From a virus (Duplodnaviria; Caudoviricetes), in the IMG/VR virus record IMGVR_UViG_3300030202_000014, positions 1 through 57,421 of that record: a stretch of 57,421 bases of DNA; one strand, 5' to 3'. Both the position numbers and the translations under genes were made by a program. This document shows positions 1-10,370 of this stretch, piece after piece. The notes beneath the pieces were generated by a model. That model searched no databases, was not told the origin of the DNA, and saw only the letters and a list, made by a program, of their open reading frames with translations. The stretch's first letter is position 1; each line of letters begins with the position of its first letter.

Positions 1-1160
1 GAATTAAATGGTCTGAACGTAAGATGCAGTGGACTGCGCCATCTGGCGCAAGATTGTGGATGTCATACCTAGATAAAGAAGATGACGTCTTGCGTTATCA
101 GGGTCTAGCATTTAGTTGGATAGGCTTTGACGAGTTGACACAATGGCCCACACCGTTTGCATGGAACTACATGCGCTCTCGTCTACGGTCCACTGCACCC
201 GATCTTCCAGTGTATATGAGGGCAACTACTAACCCCGGAGGTAGAGGCCATCACTGGGTAAAGAAAATGTTTATTGATCCTTCTGCTGCAGGTAAATCTT
301 TTAACGCAACAGATATTGACACAGGCGAAACTTTAAGGTATCCTTCTGGACATGAGAAAGCAGGTAAGCCTTTATTCAGACGTAGGTTTATTCCTGCTAG
401 ACTCAAAGACAACCCATACTTGGCAACGCAAGGTGACTATGAAGCCATGCTACTGTCATTACCAGAACAGCAACGTAGACAGTTATTGGATGGTGATTGG
501 GATATAAAAGAGGGCGCAGCCTTCACAGAGTTTGATAGGAATGTACATGTTGTTGAACCTTACCGTATTCCCAGTAACTGGGTCAAGTTTAGAGCTTGCG
601 ACTATGGCTATGGGTCTTATAGTGCCGTACTTTGGTTTGCTGTCTCACCTAGTGAACAGATAGTTGTATACAGAGAACTATACGTTAGTAAAGTATTAGC
701 TACTGATTTAGCTGACATGGTTCTTGAACTAGAAGCAGAAGATGGAAATATAAAGTATGGAGTGCTTGATAGTTCTTTGTGGCATAAGCGTGGTGATACT
801 GGTCCATCGTTGGCTGAACAGATGATACAGAAGGGATGCCGTTGGCGACCATCTGACAGATCAAAAGGATCACGTGTAGCAGGTAAAAATGAAATACACA
901 GACGTTTGCAAATAGACGAGTTTACAGAAGAACCTAGAATGGTATTTTTTAACAACTGTGTAAACACTGTAGCACAATTACCTGCTTTACCAATAGATAA
1001 AAAGAATCCAGAAGACGTTGATACAAAGTCAGAAGATCACTTGTATGATGCTTTAAGATACGGTATAATGTCAAGACCAAGATTTAGTGTATTTGATTAC
1101 GATCCGCATGGCGCACCTTCTATGGGTATGAGAGTTGCAGATAATGTATTTGGCTATTAA
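1..1160 (+). CDS. terL: Terminase large subunit, C-terminal part (continues from 57018-57421 across the contig junction)
   Basis: Walker B WIGFDE, coupling motif ATTNPGG, nuclease motifs DYGY and EDHLYDALRY; the frame is open from base 3 (IKWSERKMQW), matching the right end. Confidence 0.95.
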   Translation, partial: IKWSERKMQWTAPSGARLWMSYLDKEDDVLRYQGLAFSWIGFDELTQWPTPFAWNYMRSRLRSTAPDLPVYMRATTNPGGRGHHWVKKMFIDPSAAGKSFNATDIDTGETLRYPSGHEKAGKPLFRRRFIPARLKDNPYLATQGDYEAMLLSLPEQQRRQLLDGDWDIKEGAAFTEFDRNVHVVEPYRIPSNWVKFRACDYGYGSYSAVLWFAVSPSEQIVVYRELYVSKVLATDLADMVLELEAEDGNIKYGVLDSSLWHKRGDTGPSLAEQMIQKGCRWRPSDRSKGSRVAGKNEIHRRLQIDEFTEEPRMVFFNNCVNTVAQLPALPIDKKNPEDVDTKSEDHLYDALRYGIMSRPRFSVFDYDPHGAPSMGMRVADNVFGY

Positions 1161-1170
1161 GGAAAAGTAA

Positions 1171-3306
1171 ATGGCAGAAGAAAACGAAACATTTATAGAA
1201 GATGATTCAATTGTCTTAGACGATATTGAAGAGGATGTTACAGAGGATTCTCAAACAGAAAATATCATTCCATTTATTATGGAACGTTACAATCGTGCAG
1301 AAGACTATCGAAGACAAGACGAAGAACGTTGGTTACGATCTTACCGCAACTATCGTGGTATATATGGACCAGAGGTTCAGTTTACAGAAGCCGAAAAATC
1401 TCGTGTGTTTATTAAGGTAACTAAAACAAAAACACTTGCAGCATATGGTCAGATTGTAGATGTATTATTTGCAAACAATAAATTTCCACTAACTATTGAC
1501 CCTACTGAATTACCAGAGGGTGTAGTTGCAGATGTTAACTTTGATCCACAAGAACCAGAACAGCTACGTTCAAACGGTATGGATGAAACAGTTAGCCCAT
1601 ATGGATTTTCAGGAGATGGACGTGAGATACCTGCAGGTGCTACAGCTAAAACACTTGCAGATAGTCTAGGTCCAATGGCAGATAAGTTTGAGGGAATTGA
1701 TAATTTAAAACAGGGTGTAGGTAAAACACCGACTGCTGTTACGTTTAGTCCTGCAATGGTTGCAGCTAAAAACATGCAAAAGAAAATACATGACCAACTA
1801 GAAGAGTCAAATGCATCTAAACATTTACGTAGTACTGCGTTTGAAATGGCTTTGTTTGGTACAGGGATTATGAAAGGTCCGTTTGCTGTAGACAAAGAGT
1901 ATCCTAGTTGGAATGATGATGGAGAATATGAGCCTACATTTAAAACAGTTCCTCAAGTAAATCATGTATCTGTTTGGAACTTTTATCCAGATCCAGATGC
2001 AAACAACATGGACGAAGCTCAGTATGTAATTGAACGGCATAAACTATCACGTTCTCAGATGCGTAATCTAAAGAAGCGTCCTTACTTTCGCTCTCAGGTT
2101 ATTGACGAAGCTATTAAGTTAGGTGAAAACTACGACAAAGAATATTGGGAAGATGATTTATCTGACTATGCGCCAGAGCATGGTGTAGAACGATATGAGG
2201 TTCTTGAGTACTGGGGTATGGTAGAAACTGAAACCCTTGAAGAACAGGGAGTAGATATTCCAGAAGAGCTAATGGCAATGGATGAGTTACAGGCAAACGT
2301 TTGGATTTGTAACGGTAAACTTATTCGTATGGTTCTGAATCCATTCAAACCTGCTACTATTCCTTATGTAGCATCTCCCTATGAACTTAACCCATACTCA
2401 TTCTTTGGTGTTGGTATTGCTGAAAACATGGACGATACCCAAACGTTGATGAATGGTTTTATGCGTATGGCTGTAGACAATGCAGTTATGTCAGGAAACT
2501 TGTTAATTGAAGTCGATGAAACTAACTTGGTTCCGGGTCAAGACTTGTCAGTATACCCCGGTAAAGTATTTCGAAGACAGGGTGGTGCTCCGGGGCAAGC
2601 TATCTTTGGCACTAAGTTTCCAAACGTTTCTGGTGAGAACATGCAACTATTTGACAAGGCTCGTGTACTTGCAGATGAGTCAACAGGCTTTCCATCCTTT
2701 GCGCATGGACAGACAGGTGTGCAGGGTGTAGGACGTACAGCTAGTGGTATCAGTATGCTTATGGGTGCTGCCAGTGGTGCAATTAAAAATGTTATTAAAA
2801 ATGTAGATGATTACCTACTACGTCCACTTGGTGAACGTCTGTATCGTTTTAATATGCAATTTGATTTTGATCCAAATATTCGTGGTGATCTTGAAGTAAA
2901 AGCACGAGGAACAGAATCACTTATGGCTAATGAAGTGCGTAGCCAAAGACTAATGCAGTTTATGCAAATAGCAAGTAGCCCAACACTTGCGCCTTTCGCA
3001 AAATTCCAATATATTATTAGGGAAATTGCTAAGTCGTTAGAGCTTGACCCAGATAAAGTTACTAACAATATGAATGAAGCAGCAATACAAGCAGAGCTAA
3101 TGAAACAGTTTCAACAACCTGCTGAACCTGAAGGAGCACCTGCAGGAGCAGATGCAGCAGACCCAACAGGAGCAGGTGGTGGTAACATAGGAACTGGCAT
3201 GGCTCCACAACCTAATGAACAAGGATTTAGTGGAAATGGACAAGGAGCACCTCAACAAGCTGAAGTGGCTAGTGGCGAACAACCGCCAGTGGAACAACTT
3301 CAGTAA
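1171..3306 (+). CDS. Portal protein
   Basis: 711 aa directly after TerL; P22/podovirus portal-like motifs (FFGVGIAE, RTASGISML). Confidence 0.9.
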   Translation: MAEENETFIEDDSIVLDDIEEDVTEDSQTENIIPFIMERYNRAEDYRRQDEERWLRSYRNYRGIYGPEVQFTEAEKSRVFIKVTKTKTLAAYGQIVDVLFANNKFPLTIDPTELPEGVVADVNFDPQEPEQLRSNGMDETVSPYGFSGDGREIPAGATAKTLADSLGPMADKFEGIDNLKQGVGKTPTAVTFSPAMVAAKNMQKKIHDQLEESNASKHLRSTAFEMALFGTGIMKGPFAVDKEYPSWNDDGEYEPTFKTVPQVNHVSVWNFYPDPDANNMDEAQYVIERHKLSRSQMRNLKKRPYFRSQVIDEAIKLGENYDKEYWEDDLSDYAPEHGVERYEVLEYWGMVETETLEEQGVDIPEELMAMDELQANVWICNGKLIRMVLNPFKPATIPYVASPYELNPYSFFGVGIAENMDDTQTLMNGFMRMAVDNAVMSGNLLIEVDETNLVPGQDLSVYPGKVFRRQGGAPGQAIFGTKFPNVSGENMQLFDKARVLADESTGFPSFAHGQTGVQGVGRTASGISMLMGAASGAIKNVIKNVDDYLLRPLGERLYRFNMQFDFDPNIRGDLEVKARGTESLMANEVRSQRLMQFMQIASSPTLAPFAKFQYIIREIAKSLELDPDKVTNNMNEAAIQAELMKQFQQPAEPEGAPAGADAADPTGAGGGNIGTGMAPQPNEQGFSGNGQGAPQQAEVASGEQPPVEQLQ

Positions 3307-3448
3307 TTATATTGAATCTCTAATAGAGGCTCAACAAAGAAAAATAGAACAATCTGACAACCCAACCGAAATGTATAGATCACAAGGAGCTATACAAGAG
3401 CTACGTAAAATAAAAAATTTACGTGATGTAATTTCAAACTTAGGATAA
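3236..3448 (+). CDS. Small conserved head-module protein
   Basis: ATG at 3236 overlapping the portal 3' end; YRSQGAIQELRK motif typical of the gene following podovirus portals. Confidence 0.7.
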   Translation: MDKEHLNKLKWLVANNRQWNNFSNYIESLIEAQQRKIEQSDNPTEMYRSQGAIQELRKIKNLRDVISNLG

Positions 3449-3452
3449 TACT

Positions 3453-6400
3453 ATGATGAATAGACCCAACTTAATGTACAAACAAGGTGGCCTCAATGAT
3501 GAAGGTGGCGAAATAGATGAAGTCTCAGGCAACGAAGTTCCTGTAGGTGGCACTAAAGAGGGTGTACGAGATGACATTGAAGTTAACATGAGTGCAGGTG
3601 AATTTGTTTCAGACGAAGCAACTACACGTTATCATGGATTAAAAACATTTTTAGGTATGCGTGATGAAGCTATTATGGGTATGCAGAAAATGGAAGCAAT
3701 GGGATTGATGGGTAATTCAGATGAAGCAACATTACCCTCTGACATGCCATTTGGTATGGGCGATCTTATGGTTGTGCAAATTGATAAAGATGGAAAAGAA
3801 AAAGAATTAAACATGCAAGAAGGTGGCGTAGTTCCTAGTGGCATGGTAGATTTAAGTGATCAACAACAAGACATACCTATGCAAGAACAAATTGGTCCTG
3901 TAACATTTGACGAAGTAATGTCAGATGCAAAAATGGAATTTAAAAACTATGTAAATGCCGATGGTCAAAACCTCATGGTTCCGTTTATTGGTGGAGTACC
4001 TCTTTATCCTATACCCCCCGGATATGAATTAGATGAAGGAGAAGAAGGAGATATAACAGAAGTACCTGAACTTCCCGATCCTGCTGCACCAGTTACACCA
4101 TCAAGAGATGACGATGACGATAATGATGCTGCACTTACAGCTTATCGTGGAAGTAAAAAAGATACCAGTATTCAGTGGGATACATTATCAAATGATGAAT
4201 TTTTAATTGAAGCAAATAAACGTAATGGTTTTGGTCGGAACTTAGCTATGGGTGTAGCTTCACTTATTAGTCCTCTTGCTGCAGTCGGCATGGCAGGACT
4301 TATGAAAGTAGAAGACAATAAAGTACTTGCTATGGCAAGATCACGACTAGCTGCATTGCCACAGGGTTCTGCACAACGAGCAGAATATGAAAAGATGATT
4401 GAGTCTTACGAAGCTCGTGGTAAAGGTTTATTTGGTAGTATAATTGGTAAAATTGTAGATACTTTAGGTGGTATGTTTGGTTCCACAGATGAGCAAAAAG
4501 TAAAAGCTCAAAATGCAAACTTAGTTGCCAACAGTGGTACAGTTGTAGGAAAATACAGTGCAAATGGACAAATAACTGAAGCAGGTATTGAAGCAGTAAA
4601 CGGTGGTATCGTGGAAGGTGTTACTACTGAACAATATCAAAAAGCTCAACAAGATTTAAACTCACAAGACCCAGAAGTTAAAGCAGAAGCACAACGAATT
4701 ATGTCTAATTATATTGGGCAGGAACTCGGTAGTTATGTAAATCAAGATATACTAAATGCAGCAAAAGCAGGTATCAGTGGAAGAACACCAGAACAAACAC
4801 GTGTTGATCTTGTAAACATTGCATATCAACCTTCTACTGCACTAAAAGAACAACTAGACGGTTTAACACAGGGACAGAAAAATTTCTTAGGCTACACAGG
4901 TGAAAACTATTTAGATGTTATTGATTTTGGTAGAGAACAGGTATCTCAAATAGCACCTACAGGATTTACAACAAAAGCTCCTGATAGATCGTTTATGGGT
5001 CCAGATACTATGTCTACTCGTGCTGCATTTTCGGGTGATACAAGTGGCAATGTAATTACACAACAAGATATAACTAACCAAGAATCTAAAGTACGACAAG
5101 ATCAAGTTAATGCATTAATTAATATTGGTGTAGATAGAGCACTTGCAGAAGCATCAGTACCTTCAGTTGGTATGGGATCAGTTCAAAGTTTTACATCCAG
5201 AGATGTAGATGCGTTAGAAGGACCAGAAGCAGCAGCAAGTTTTCAAACTACACGAAAAGGACAAACACCTACAGAGTTAGGTTTTGGTGATGCACAACTT
5301 GGTGAGTTTGGTGGGTTAGGAGAACAAGTTGACGTTGGTCCTGCTTTTGATCGACAAGCCTATGGTCAAGTAGACCTATCATCTGTAGATAGAAAGAATG
5401 ACCCTGCGTATCCAGATTACTATGCAGAAAGAATGATACCTAGCCCATTTGAAGATGTTGATCCAAATACAGGAAAAGGTTTATTCGAAGGTCAAACTAC
5501 AGAAGCATTTAAAATAGGTTCTGGTCTTAGTCCAACTGAGTTAGGTTTTGGTGATGCACAGCTAGGTGAGTTTGCAGGTGTACAAAGAGCAGATACCCCT
5601 GCACCTGACTATGCTACAATGGGCATGGGAGAAAAAGGTAGAGTAACAACACCAACTACAGTAACACCTAAAGTTGATACTAAAACAGTTCAAGAAGAAA
5701 TGGCTAAACAAGAAGCTAATTACATGGAAGCTGCTTTTGGTGATCAAACAACAGATGCACTACAACTAAAAGATGTTGTACCAGATACTGCAGCCAAGAT
5801 GTCTTTTGAAGATGCCTTTGCTGCTGCACGTGCAGAAGAAAAAAGATTGGGTCTTGCTGCAGGTACTTCTCAGTTTGAGTATGATGGTAAAATGTTTTCT
5901 ACTGCCACTAAAGAACAAGCTGCAGCAAAAACAGACGAACCTGCAGAACAAAAAGGTAAGTATAGCCCAACTGCAAATAAACAATTGTCTGGTGGATATG
6001 AAACCAACACACTTAGCGATGCAGAACAAGATGCATTTGATGCTGCAGTAGATCGTGGTGATGCTAATGTAGCAAACCACTTTGCAATGGTAAATAGATC
6101 ACGTAATAAACAAGATGAATACGCTGCAAGTGGTTTTGATAAAACTGTAGGTAGGTCATTAGGTCTTTCAGATTTTGATATGCAGCAAGCAGAAGAATAC
6201 GGTGGTAGTGTACAGACAGCTATTAACGAAGGTCGTGCAGAAAAAGCTGATGGATTTTTAGGTTTTGGTAAAGTGACTGTTACTGATACAAGTAAAAGTA
6301 AGGGTGGTAGTAACGCAGGTAAAAGAGATGATGATGATAAACCTGCTACAACAACTACAACTACAAGCAGTAAAGATACTAACATTGCCTCATCAGGACG

Positions 6401-6908
6401 TAGTGAAACACAAATTCAAAATGATATTAATGCTGCGTTAAAAGCATCTGGTGGTGAATGGACATCTGAGTTGAATACGCTTGTATCTGAACGTGACAGT
6501 GCTCGTTCAAATCAAGGTAGTTCATCTTCCTCTGATGATGGTGGAGGAGGCGGTGGCGGTGGTGGCTCATCGTCAGGTGGTGGTAAGATAGTATGTACCG
6601 CTATGAACGATGCCTATGGATTTGGTTCATATCGTAATGCTATATGGCTTGCGTACTCAGCACGTCACATGACAAAAGAACATGAGGTAGGATACCATAC
6701 TATTTTCTTACCACTTATTGACTTAGCATACAAAAAGAATTACAATAGTGTAAGAGTTATTCTTGAAAATATTGCAAGACACCGTACTGCTGATCTAAGA
6801 GCAGAAATGAAAAACGGAAAACGAGATAACATAGGACGTGTTTATCGTGCAATATTAGAACCTATCTGTTATGCAGTAGGTAAAGTAAAACTTTCATTGG
6901 AGAAATAA
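3453..6908 (+). CDS. Large modular virion-associated protein
   Basis: 1151 aa; N-terminal DDIxxxxSxGEFV motif, low-complexity middle, Gly linker and C-terminal KIVCT domain. Confidence 0.6.
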   Translation: MMNRPNLMYKQGGLNDEGGEIDEVSGNEVPVGGTKEGVRDDIEVNMSAGEFVSDEATTRYHGLKTFLGMRDEAIMGMQKMEAMGLMGNSDEATLPSDMPFGMGDLMVVQIDKDGKEKELNMQEGGVVPSGMVDLSDQQQDIPMQEQIGPVTFDEVMSDAKMEFKNYVNADGQNLMVPFIGGVPLYPIPPGYELDEGEEGDITEVPELPDPAAPVTPSRDDDDDNDAALTAYRGSKKDTSIQWDTLSNDEFLIEANKRNGFGRNLAMGVASLISPLAAVGMAGLMKVEDNKVLAMARSRLAALPQGSAQRAEYEKMIESYEARGKGLFGSIIGKIVDTLGGMFGSTDEQKVKAQNANLVANSGTVVGKYSANGQITEAGIEAVNGGIVEGVTTEQYQKAQQDLNSQDPEVKAEAQRIMSNYIGQELGSYVNQDILNAAKAGISGRTPEQTRVDLVNIAYQPSTALKEQLDGLTQGQKNFLGYTGENYLDVIDFGREQVSQIAPTGFTTKAPDRSFMGPDTMSTRAAFSGDTSGNVITQQDITNQESKVRQDQVNALINIGVDRALAEASVPSVGMGSVQSFTSRDVDALEGPEAAASFQTTRKGQTPTELGFGDAQLGEFGGLGEQVDVGPAFDRQAYGQVDLSSVDRKNDPAYPDYYAERMIPSPFEDVDPNTGKGLFEGQTTEAFKIGSGLSPTELGFGDAQLGEFAGVQRADTPAPDYATMGMGEKGRVTTPTTVTPKVDTKTVQEEMAKQEANYMEAAFGDQTTDALQLKDVVPDTAAKMSFEDAFAAARAEEKRLGLAAGTSQFEYDGKMFSTATKEQAAAKTDEPAEQKGKYSPTANKQLSGGYETNTLSDAEQDAFDAAVDRGDANVANHFAMVNRSRNKQDEYAASGFDKTVGRSLGLSDFDMQQAEEYGGSVQTAINEGRAEKADGFLGFGKVTVTDTSKSKGGSNAGKRDDDDKPATTTTTTSSKDTNIASSGRSETQIQNDINAALKASGGEWTSELNTLVSERDSARSNQGSSSSSDDGGGGGGGGGSSSGGGKIVCTAMNDAYGFGSYRNAIWLAYSARHMTKEHEVGYHTIFLPLIDLAYKKNYNSVRVILENIARHRTADLRAEMKNGKRDNIGRVYRAILEPICYAVGKVKLSLEK

Positions 6909-7124
6909 ATGGCAGACAAAACCTATCAACAATATTTAGGAGAAGTATCTACACGTTATCGTGATCTTTCTGATGATGAAAAAGATGTAGTACGTGCAAT
7001 GCGTGGTACGCAACAAGGTTTGGTTCTTAGTAAAATACTAGGAAACGAATTGGCTCTTGCTGACTTAGGAGTAAAACGTACTCCAACAGCAATGCCAAAA
7101 AAACGTGGACTAGCTACACGATAA
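6909..7124 (+). CDS. Hypothetical protein
   Basis: 71 aa ORF abutting the previous stop, GGAG RBS, ends KKRGLATR. Confidence 0.7.
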   Translation: MADKTYQQYLGEVSTRYRDLSDDEKDVVRAMRGTQQGLVLSKILGNELALADLGVKRTPTAMPKKRGLATR

Positions 7125-7195
7125 ATTAGTTAGATATTCTGGCTACTCATCCCCCATCCAACATGGCTACGGTGGCCCCAGTAAAGGAAAAACAA

Positions 7196-8047
7196 ATGCA
7201 AGACGCAATGGTAGAACAAGTAGAAACTAAATCTGCTTTTATAAATAAAAAATATAGTAATGAAGATAGACTTAAAAAAGAAGAAGAAGAACTAGAACAA
7301 TTAGTAGCTGAACAAAAGGGTGAAGCTAAACAAGAAGAACCTGAACCAGAAGGTGCAGAAGAAAAATCTTTTAAGAAACGCTACGGTGATCTACGCAGAC
7401 ACATGCAGCAAAAAGAAAAAGAGTGGTCTGAAAAGTTTAATAGTATTCAAAGTCAACTATCAGAAGCCACTAAAAAAGAAATGAAACTTCCTACATCTGA
7501 AGAAGACTTAGATGCTTGGATTAAAAAATATCCAGATGTAGCAGGAATTGTAGAAACAATTGCAATTAAAAAAGCTAAAGAGCAATCTGCAGAATTAGAA
7601 GAACGTGTAAAGGCAGTAGATGAAATGCGTGAAACTGCTGCACGAGAAAAAGCTGAAGCAGAGCTAATGAAGCTACATCCTGACTTTGACGAGATTAGAG
7701 AGAGTGATGACTTTCACGATTGGGTAAACGAACAGCCTAAGTCAATTCAGGATGCATTGTATGAAAATAATACTGATGCTCGTACTGCTGCAAGGGCAAT
7801 TGATTTATATAAATCAGATAAAAATATTGGTACTAAAAAGAAAAAGAATACAGACAAAGACGCAGCTAAATCTGTAGACTCACGTAACTCACGTAGTAGA
7901 CCAGATACAAGTGATGGTTCAGGTGCAATCCTAGAATCTGAAGTCAATAAAATGTCTGCACAAGAATACGAAAAGCGGTCTGACGAAATTATGGAAGCTA
8001 TCCGTACAGGCAACTTCGTATATGATTTATCTGGTAATGCCAGATAA
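7196..8047 (+). CDS. Capsid scaffolding protein
   Basis: Acidic coiled coil with FKKRYGDLRRH, immediately upstream of the MCP; AAGGA RBS favours the ATG at 7196. Confidence 0.8.
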   Translation: MQDAMVEQVETKSAFINKKYSNEDRLKKEEEELEQLVAEQKGEAKQEEPEPEGAEEKSFKKRYGDLRRHMQQKEKEWSEKFNSIQSQLSEATKKEMKLPTSEEDLDAWIKKYPDVAGIVETIAIKKAKEQSAELEERVKAVDEMRETAAREKAEAELMKLHPDFDEIRESDDFHDWVNEQPKSIQDALYENNTDARTAARAIDLYKSDKNIGTKKKKNTDKDAAKSVDSRNSRSRPDTSDGSGAILESEVNKMSAQEYEKRSDEIMEAIRTGNFVYDLSGNAR

Positions 8048-8050
8048 CTA

Positions 8051-8080
8051 TTGACATATAGTTTTTTATCAGTATAACTA
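8051..8080 (+). promoter_or_regulatory. Sigma70-like promoter for the major capsid gene
   Basis: TTGACA-N16-TATAACTA. Confidence 0.65.
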
Positions 8081-8299
8081 TATGTAGAATCGTAAGTGGT
8101 ACAGCCCCTGTAGAGATGGATACCTGTACCTATTACTTTATTAGCAAACAACATATCCTTTCGGACAACCTAATGTCTCATGGCCCATTGTGTGTAATAT
8201 AGGCCAATATTACATGAAATGCACCCTAGTAGAGTTAGCCTCTGTATAAGTATAGTTAGTTTTGCATCTGTCGTGCTCAATGCTATAAGGAGAATTACA

Positions 8300-9364
8300 A
8301 TGGCATTTTCAACAGCATCAGGTTACGGTAACTTACCTAATGGTAACTTTTCACCAGTAATCTATTCCAAACAGGTGCAACTTGCATTCCGCAAGGCATC
8401 TGTTGTTGAAGCGATCACAAACTCAGATTACTTTGGTGAGATTGCCCAAATGGGTGACTCAGTAAAAATCATCAAAGAACCTGAGATCACTGTGAAATCG
8501 TATGCACGTGGTACAACAATCACTCCACAAGATTTGGATGACGAAGACTTTTCATTAACAATTGACAAAGCTAACTACTTTGCTTTCAAAGTTGATGATA
8601 TTGAGGAAGCTCATAGTCACGTTAACTTTTCAAGTCTTGCAAGTGATCGTGCTGCGTATAGACTATCTGACCAGTTTGACCAAGACGTTCTTGGTTACAT
8701 GTCTGGTTTTAAACAATCTGCAATTCATGGTAACGCAAACACTGCTAACACAACTGTTAACGGTTCTAAAGCGGTATCAACTGCAGGTTCAGACGAATTG
8801 CTTGCCTCAATGAAGTTAGATGGTTCTGACTTTAATGCAGGTACAGGCGGTCAGTCTATTGCACTATTGCCACGTACTGGCGGTGCAACAGCTACACCTT
8901 CTAATGCAGGTGAAGCAAACCCACTACAACTTATTGCTCGTATGGCTCGTAAGCTAGATCAGCAAAATGTTGACACAACTGGTCGTTGGCTTGTTGTCGA
9001 TCCAGTGTTCATGGAAATCCTTCGTGACGAAGACTCACGTCTTCAGAATGCAGACTTCGGTGAATCTGGTGGTATCCGTAATGGTCTTGTTGTAAACAAC
9101 CTACACGGTTTCCAAGTACACGTGTCTAACAACCTACCAACTTTTGGTACTGGTCCTGCAACAAACGCAGCGTCAAACGCAACTAACTACGGTGTTATCG
9201 TAGGTGGTCATAGTTCAGCCGTTGCAACTGCAGAGCAGATCAATAAGACAGAATCATATCGTGACCCTGACTCATTTGCAGACATTGTTCGTGGTATGCA
9301 TCTATATGGTCGCAAAATCCTACGCCCAGAGGCGTTGGTTAATGCGCTTTACAACTTACGTTAA
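8300..9364 (+). CDS. Major capsid protein
   Basis: P22 gp5-like coat motifs (FSPVIYSK, GDSVKI, DSFADIVRGMHLYGRKILRPEAL); AAGGAG RBS gives the start at 8300. Confidence 0.92.
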   Translation: MAFSTASGYGNLPNGNFSPVIYSKQVQLAFRKASVVEAITNSDYFGEIAQMGDSVKIIKEPEITVKSYARGTTITPQDLDDEDFSLTIDKANYFAFKVDDIEEAHSHVNFSSLASDRAAYRLSDQFDQDVLGYMSGFKQSAIHGNANTANTTVNGSKAVSTAGSDELLASMKLDGSDFNAGTGGQSIALLPRTGGATATPSNAGEANPLQLIARMARKLDQQNVDTTGRWLVVDPVFMEILRDEDSRLQNADFGESGGIRNGLVVNNLHGFQVHVSNNLPTFGTGPATNAASNATNYGVIVGGHSSAVATAEQINKTESYRDPDSFADIVRGMHLYGRKILRPEALVNALYNLR

Positions 9365-9379
9365 TAGGGAGGACTGAAA

Positions 9380-9868
9380 ATGGCACTTGGTGACAATACA
9401 CTTCGAGCAGTTGGTGGTAACTCCCAACGTGGTCGTAACCCATACATGGTACAAACTGTAGTTGACTTTGCAACTGCATTGTCTGACAAAGGTTCTGCAC
9501 TTGCAGCATCCGATGTTATTCCATGTATTGCTGTTTCAAAAGGAACAATGATCCTTAATGCAGGTATTGAAGTAGATACACTTCAAACTGCAGCGAGTGC
9601 ATTAACACTTGACTTAGGTACAGGTGACGATGCAGATTGTTTCGTAGATGGCTTTACAGCTACTACTGCAGCAGCAGGTACAGTTGCTCAAAACGCAGCA
9701 GCCTTTCAACCATTGATGGCTACTGCTGATGACAACATTGACCTAAAGATTGCTACTCTATCGGGTACACTTTCTACAGGTAAATATCGTGTTTGGGCTG
9801 TCCTAATGGATTGCACAGACCTAGGCAGTGACATGTCTGCTAATGAAGTAGCACGTGACAACGCTTAA
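9380..9868 (+). CDS. Putative capsid decoration/cement protein
   Basis: Beta-rich 162 aa ORF right after the MCP with a strong GGAGG RBS, followed by a terminator. Confidence 0.6.
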   Translation: MALGDNTLRAVGGNSQRGRNPYMVQTVVDFATALSDKGSALAASDVIPCIAVSKGTMILNAGIEVDTLQTAASALTLDLGTGDDADCFVDGFTATTAAAGTVAQNAAAFQPLMATADDNIDLKIATLSGTLSTGKYRVWAVLMDCTDLGSDMSANEVARDNA

Positions 9869-9878
9869 CTAAAAAATT

Positions 9879-9904
9879 GAGGGGCTGCTTTAGAGTGGCC
9901 TCTC
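9879..9904 (+). terminator. Probable intrinsic terminator hairpin
   Basis: GAGGGGCTGCT-TTAG-AGTGGCCTCTC stem with G-U pairs after the capsid genes; U-tract weak. Confidence 0.55.
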
Positions 9905-9929
9905 TAACTGTATATAAAGGGATTCAAAC

Positions 9930-10367
9930 ATGGCTATCACAACAGCAATGTGTACAAGTTTTAAATCAGAAGTTCTGGGGGGTACTCATGATTTGGATAC
10001 CCATACATTAAAACTAGCATTAATTAAAAGCGGTATGTCTGGTACATATGGCGCAGCAACAACGAATTATTCAGATGTTACAGGAAACTCTGACGAAGCA
10101 ACAGGCACTAACTATACAGCAGGTGGACAAAACCTAGACGGTGCTACTATCTCTACAGATGGTACTACAGCTATCGTAGACTTTACAGATGAAGTATTTT
10201 CCAACGTAACAACTTCAGCAGCAGGTTGTATTATCTATAACTCTTCTGCTTCTAATAAAGCAATATGCGTAATTGATTTTGGTGGTACGGTAAGTGCTAC
10301 AGCAGGTGACTTAACTATAGAATTTCCTGCAGCAGCAGCGAGTACTGCAGTCATACGTATTGCCTAA
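9930..10367 (+). CDS. Virion structural protein
   Basis: 145 aa Thr/Ala/Gly-rich protein (YTAGGQNL, IYNSS, DFGG) of a type common in phage structural modules. Confidence 0.65.
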   Translation: MAITTAMCTSFKSEVLGGTHDLDTHTLKLALIKSGMSGTYGAATTNYSDVTGNSDEATGTNYTAGGQNLDGATISTDGTTAIVDFTDEVFSNVTTSAAGCIIYNSSASNKAICVIDFGGTVSATAGDLTIEFPAAAASTAVIRIA

Positions 10368-10370
10368 CAA

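Noticed and set aside
8219-8299. N-terminal extension of the MCP in the ORF track
   Set aside because: The strong AAGGAG RBS precedes the ATG at 8300
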